Origin: Lingula anatina
Taxonomy: Eukaryota; Animalia; Brachiopoda
Assembly: GCA_051362555.1 (NCBI GenBank)
Contig: CM120646.1
Coordinates: 13,764,001-13,828,000, forward strand
Direction: 5' to 3'
DNA length: 64,000 bases
The position numbers and the translations under genes are program-made. Positions 59,380 through 64,000 of the stretch are shown here, in pieces (position 1 is the stretch's first letter; every line of letters starts with the position of its first letter). The notes beneath the pieces were generated by a model. It saw only the letters and a list, made by a program, of their open reading frames with translations, did not search any database and was not told the DNA's origin.

Positions 59380-62300
59380 CAACAACAACAACACTCAGTG
59401 ACACCCGGATAAATCAAATCATATGATTGTTCATACACTGAAAATAAAACAGCATTTTGATTAGTCAGATTACCGGTACTCTTGTATGCAATTTCGTTTA
59501 ACTAATGAAATCAAGGGTGCATTATCGTATAATATAACTCAAATGTACTGCTCGTTGTTTGATATTGACCCCATACCTTAAGTGCGATGCTTTCTTGGTT
59601 ATCGTAGCCAACCCACTGCCTCGTGTCAGGGTTGTAGGCGTGGGGAACCATGGTTTCATAGTCAAATGACTCGTCCCAGCCGCCCACCACACAAATCTGG
59701 AACGACCAACGGATTAAGCGTACGGTATTTCGTAGTTTCAGTACTATAGTAGTTAACGCCTGATTTGACGTTTGTTGGTGTTAATATTGGAATGTTGTAA
59801 ACGTATCTGTGGGAATGTTACAGCAATTTTTGTGACTTTTAAAAAATGAAAACGATACGATAATTTGACACCTACTGCTTGAAGGGCGAAATGTCAACGT
59901 GCAGTTTCCTTTCCTAACAATGCTCTTACCTCATTGTATCCGAGTATCCCACGGATGTTGGTGTACGGCCCCGCGGCCCCGGGGGCAATGGCCAAGTCCC
60001 CAGGGTGGTGTGAGTTAGGTTGAGACATGGTGAAGGTTCGGCCGTATGTGGCGACGCCAAGGAGCAGTCGGCTAGGCTCGTAGCCTCTCCCTATCCAGTT
60101 CTTGACGATAGAGTCCTGGCAAAGAGAACCGATTCAAGTTGTGTTTGATCTGTCGACCTTGAACTACGCTTTGAAATCAAGTTCCTCAGAAAATATGGCT
60201 TTTCATCTGAATTTTTGCAAATAGTGAATCATATCATCAATTCAATCAATAGTTCGACATTGGTGGTATTCGCTCCTTCTACACATGACTTCTCTGACCT
60301 GTTTTCCACAATGTATAGATACTAGCAAATCCAAAAAGTTTGGTGAAAGGAGGCACAGGGGGGCTATCTGGTTTTTTTATGGTAAAATTGATTTGAGCCA
60401 ATGAGAGTACACGCCCATCCCCCCCCCTCCCCACTGCCAGGTGTCGGGTATGGTGTAACCAATACAGAACGCTAAATACCTTAAAACTTCATAAACCTTA
60501 ACCCATTAGCAGCCAAAACAATTCTTGTACTGATAACGAGAAAATATGCAGCACCCTCTCCCCCCTCCCTCGTACACTCACAATGTTAAGAGTAGCCAGG
60601 CGGCCTGACTTGGAGAACAAAGCTGAGTGGTGTCCCAGGATACCATCCCACGCCCCATGCAGGTCAAAGGTCATCAGGTTTGTCCAATCAAGGTATCTGA
60701 AAATATTGACTGGCAGCTTTAGCGTGTACTTTACCGGTCACTGAATAAGAATTATTCTATTGTATTCTACTGCACGGATATATTGCCGATTTGTTTCATT
60801 TAGGCACAAACAAAATCTAATATTTACAACGTATAACGGTTGTATACCTGCTCATCACTGGAATGTCGTAGCCCTCTGCAATAACTTCGTCAGTCACTCC
60901 AACAGAAGCTGTGACAAGTAACCTTTCCTTGCCCGTATTAGCGGCCTCCTCTTGGAAACGCAATCTTGTTTCCTGGATTTCAAAGAAAAATGTCTCTAGA
61001 GCGAGCTTTAGATATGACCTCGACAAAGCTCTGACTAACATGAGGTTAATATAACCAAGATAAGGTGTTATAGTTTTATTTTATTTTATTTTATTTTATT
61101 TTATTTTATTTATTTATTTATTCATGTATTTATTTATTTTATTTATTTATTTATCTCTTTTGAAGAGGGAAGATCTAGGACTTTTCATTTTACCTTGACC
61201 AAATCAGCAAAATATTGCTTTGTCTCCGGAGGACTTCCGCGATCGACGTCTCCGGGGTACTCCCAGTCGTAATCCAATCCATCGAAGCCATACTGGCGTA
61301 GAAATGCGATCGCGTTGGTCAAGAAGTTTCTTCTGGTTTCAAATGTTTTTGACATTTCGTTAAAGACCTTTAACGAATGGCTCCAACCACCGACTGCCAG
61401 AAGAACCTTCAGGTCTTTGTTACGGAGTTTTAGTTTCACGACCTGCTCCATGTTGTCTACAAATATACATGCAGTATATTCTACAATAATTTCACAGATT
61501 GGACGATGTACCAGTAAATACAGGATTTAATTGAATGACAATATGCATCGTCTTCTTGGTGAAACATGCACATTTACTGTATATGAAAATAATCTCCCAT
61601 GAGAAGACCATTAGACAACTCTATTGGGCTGTCGACACAGGAAAAGGCAAAAAAGTAAAAAAAAAAAACATTCTTGGTCAGCATAACTTAGACCAAATTA
61701 AACACATTTGCCTCTCCTCCTCCCCCCCCCCCCCCACCCCCCACCCCCACCCCACCCCATGTCCTTGCTTTTGCAGTTTTACTTACCTGGGTCGTTCGGT
61801 TCTGTCTGCCTTAATGTGAAAGCTCTGCCGTCCCATTGCACCTTGGCGAAAGCATAAAATATATGCGTACACACATAAGGATTTATGTCCTGTGGTCCAA
61901 ATCGTCCGCCCCCTGCTCTATACTGTGCCCAATTGGTGAACCAACAGCCAACCTTCATGGTACCTGCGGTGATTGATAACGAGGATATATGCCTAGGACA
62001 ACTGCATTAACCCTTGAACATTAGCTTATGGCAATGCCATTGTGACATGCTTTCATATTAGTAAATCTCCTTTTTTATATTTTCAAAGTTTACGAGAGAG
62101 AGCAAAACAAAAAGCAGTTGTACGTCACGGCAAATACATGTATCTTGAAGCGAATAGGGTCAAATAGACGTGCCAAAATTTCGAGAAAAAAAATAGCTGA
62201 AGGGATATAATGTAGTGGAATTTCCCGTTTATCATAATGCGAATATTCATTAACTCAACTAATTCTGTGATACAAGGTAGTGTTTTGTAATACATTTCTT

Positions 62301-63710
62301 TTCCTTGATGCATACTTGTTTAGGATATCGTATATTTCTAAATTTAATGAAATTAATTCATCACAAATTGCCATGAGACGTCCAATGCCTTGAACCGCGT
62401 TTTAGGCCTAAAGATTTTCTAAATTCATTTGACCGATTCCGACAAAAATCCAGCACTTTTACATCTCTATTAATTAACAATTATCATACCGGGTACATCT
62501 TATTATATTCCGGGTACAACCACAAAGTACCTGGTTTTGGTTCCCCTGGTTGAAGAGTTGGTAAAGGTGGAGGTGGGGTCGACGAAGGCCGTAAGGTGGT
62601 CGCAGGGCCCTCTATTCTGATATCGGCGCAACCGAAAAACTCCTCCTGGGGTACATTGTCTATGTCTCTCCAGAAGTTATTACCTGTGGTAAAATATGTC
62701 GTGCGTACTGAATTTCAACGTCATTAACTTATATTTGACAATATGCATGTGTACATAATGAATCGTTTCAGCACATATTGTATGTACTTAATATAATTAA
62801 AAAACAAACGTTCCATTATTACTTGCAATAAAATACATATTTACGTTTGAATACAAATTATGCCTCGTTTGGTGATTAATACATGTAGGACATTATCAAT
62901 TTTTTTCAAAAAAACAACCGGTCGATAAACTTTCTTAGAAGACGCCAACTCACCGCAGTGCCACTTCCACTGGAACACACAATGGCCACAGGTCAGATCT
63001 GGCGGTAACTTGACCGGTATCACTAAAGTGGCCCTACTGTCCTCGAACGGGTACATAGTTGAGCTGACGAAACTGAAATTAAATAACATCCCACCTAACT
63101 TCAAGAATATGCGTGTAAGACAGTATGCATCGTATTGAAGTAGCATTTTATAATTTTTTGTCTGCCTTTATTCATTGTGTAATAATAGCCGACCCTACTT
63201 AACGAATAAGTGCATATATGTTTTATGTTTATAATTTATGTTATGTATGCTTAGTTGTAAATGCCTGGGTCACGTGTCGCTGGTATCTTTTATCAAATAA
63301 TGTGCATTTTGCACATTCTGCCATTCGAACTGCTTTTATTGTCTTCGTTTTTATTAGACTATTAAATGATCAACGATAAATCCCGCGGTTCACGAAACTA
63401 CACTGTATGGCATATAAAATCTTTCCTTGGTGGGTCACTGTTTAAAGGGCACATACCGATCATGTACTCGAACTTTAAATTGAATACTATATAAAAATAC
63501 ACGCTTTTGGCGGATAATACATCAGCAAGCTAACCGTCTGTCATCTGGCTCAAAGATGCGAGTGACTAACGTGTCATCTTTTAGTGGTATTTGTAAAAGG
63601 TTTTTATTCATGCACTCGTGGGTCACCCTGAACTTGTTATCACAGATCCGAAACTCGTGCCAGCCTTTGTGCTTTGCCGTTATAACAAGTGTAACGTTGA
63701 ATGTCTCTCC
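58694..63710 (-). CDS. AA15-type LPMO-GH18 chitinase-Thr linker-CBM14 fusion, copy 2 (first two exons presumably beyond the window end)
   Basis: Minus-strand exons 63710-63535, 63072-62954, 62683-62531, 61963-61787, 61456-61194, 60972-60848, 60696-60582, 60115-59930, 59696-59577, 59330-59039, 58863-58694. Intron positions match copy 1. Motifs TAKHKGWHEFRIC, PQEEFFGCADI, FDGLDYDWEYPG, a poly-Thr linker, and CKTQWGYYSHPTDPNKFYQC..RCGPGTVW..C (CBM14/ChtBD2). Confidence 0.9.
59336..59393. repeat. (AAT)n(AAC)n microsatellite next to a splice acceptor of copy 2
   Basis: Directly visible. On the coding strand it reads (GTT)n(ATT)n just before CTAAG|GCT. Confidence 0.9.
61075..61153. repeat. (TTTTA)n/(TTTA)n low-complexity repeat
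   Basis: Directly visible intronic run. Confidence 0.85.
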
Positions 63711-64000
63711 CTGAAGAATACAAGAAGCAAGTGATGTTAACATCAATATAGCCACCTCTGCTCATGTCTTTTTAATGTATAACCGGATCGTTAGACATAT
63801 GATCCATAACGTCAGTTCAATGAAATGCCATGCAACATAACAAAAGGTTTCTTTTTATTTCCACACTAATGTTTCGATTGAAGACCTATTTCACTGCATT
63901 TATGGGCCTTTCATTACAAAAAACAATCTTTCAATATAAAATACCTAGATTAGGAGAGCTTAGTTCTCCCTGGAATCATGGAATCTAGGTATACTAGCTG

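Noticed and set aside
58993-59438. Poly-Val, poly-Tyr/Cys and YDYD ORFs
   Set aside because: Antisense or alternative-frame readings of the Thr linker and the intronic microsatellite.
51151-63710. Bacterial contamination or recent horizontal transfer of an AA10-chitinase
   Set aside because: The genes have many spliceosomal introns, AA15-style Cys motifs and animal-type GH18/CBM14 sequences.

Overview
Intron-rich, AT-rich animal genomic DNA, probably a marine invertebrate such as a lophotrochozoan (inferred, not provable here). I spliced eight protein-coding genes by hand. In order: the 3' part of WDR60/DYNC2I1 (+); an MFHAS1-like LRR-ROC-COR gene whose small downstream exons add a C-terminal CARD (+); TTLL9 (+), with two U12-type introns; two tandem paralogues encoding secreted, SMB-like Cys-rich proteins (+); a DNase I with a ~160-aa extra C-terminal domain (-); and a tail-to-tail inverted pair of genes that each fuse an AA15-type lytic polysaccharide monooxygenase (LPMO) to a GH18 chitinase. 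One of that pair ends in a full Thr-linker plus CBM14, the other in half a CBM14. The window also has MITE-like elements, a probable SINE remnant, tandem repeats that copy splice sites, and microsatellites. The most striking systems are the LPMO-chitinase fusion pair and the ROCO-CARD receptor candidate. Exon boundaries are read from GT/AG signals and frame continuity, and family calls come from remembered motifs; no database searches were run.
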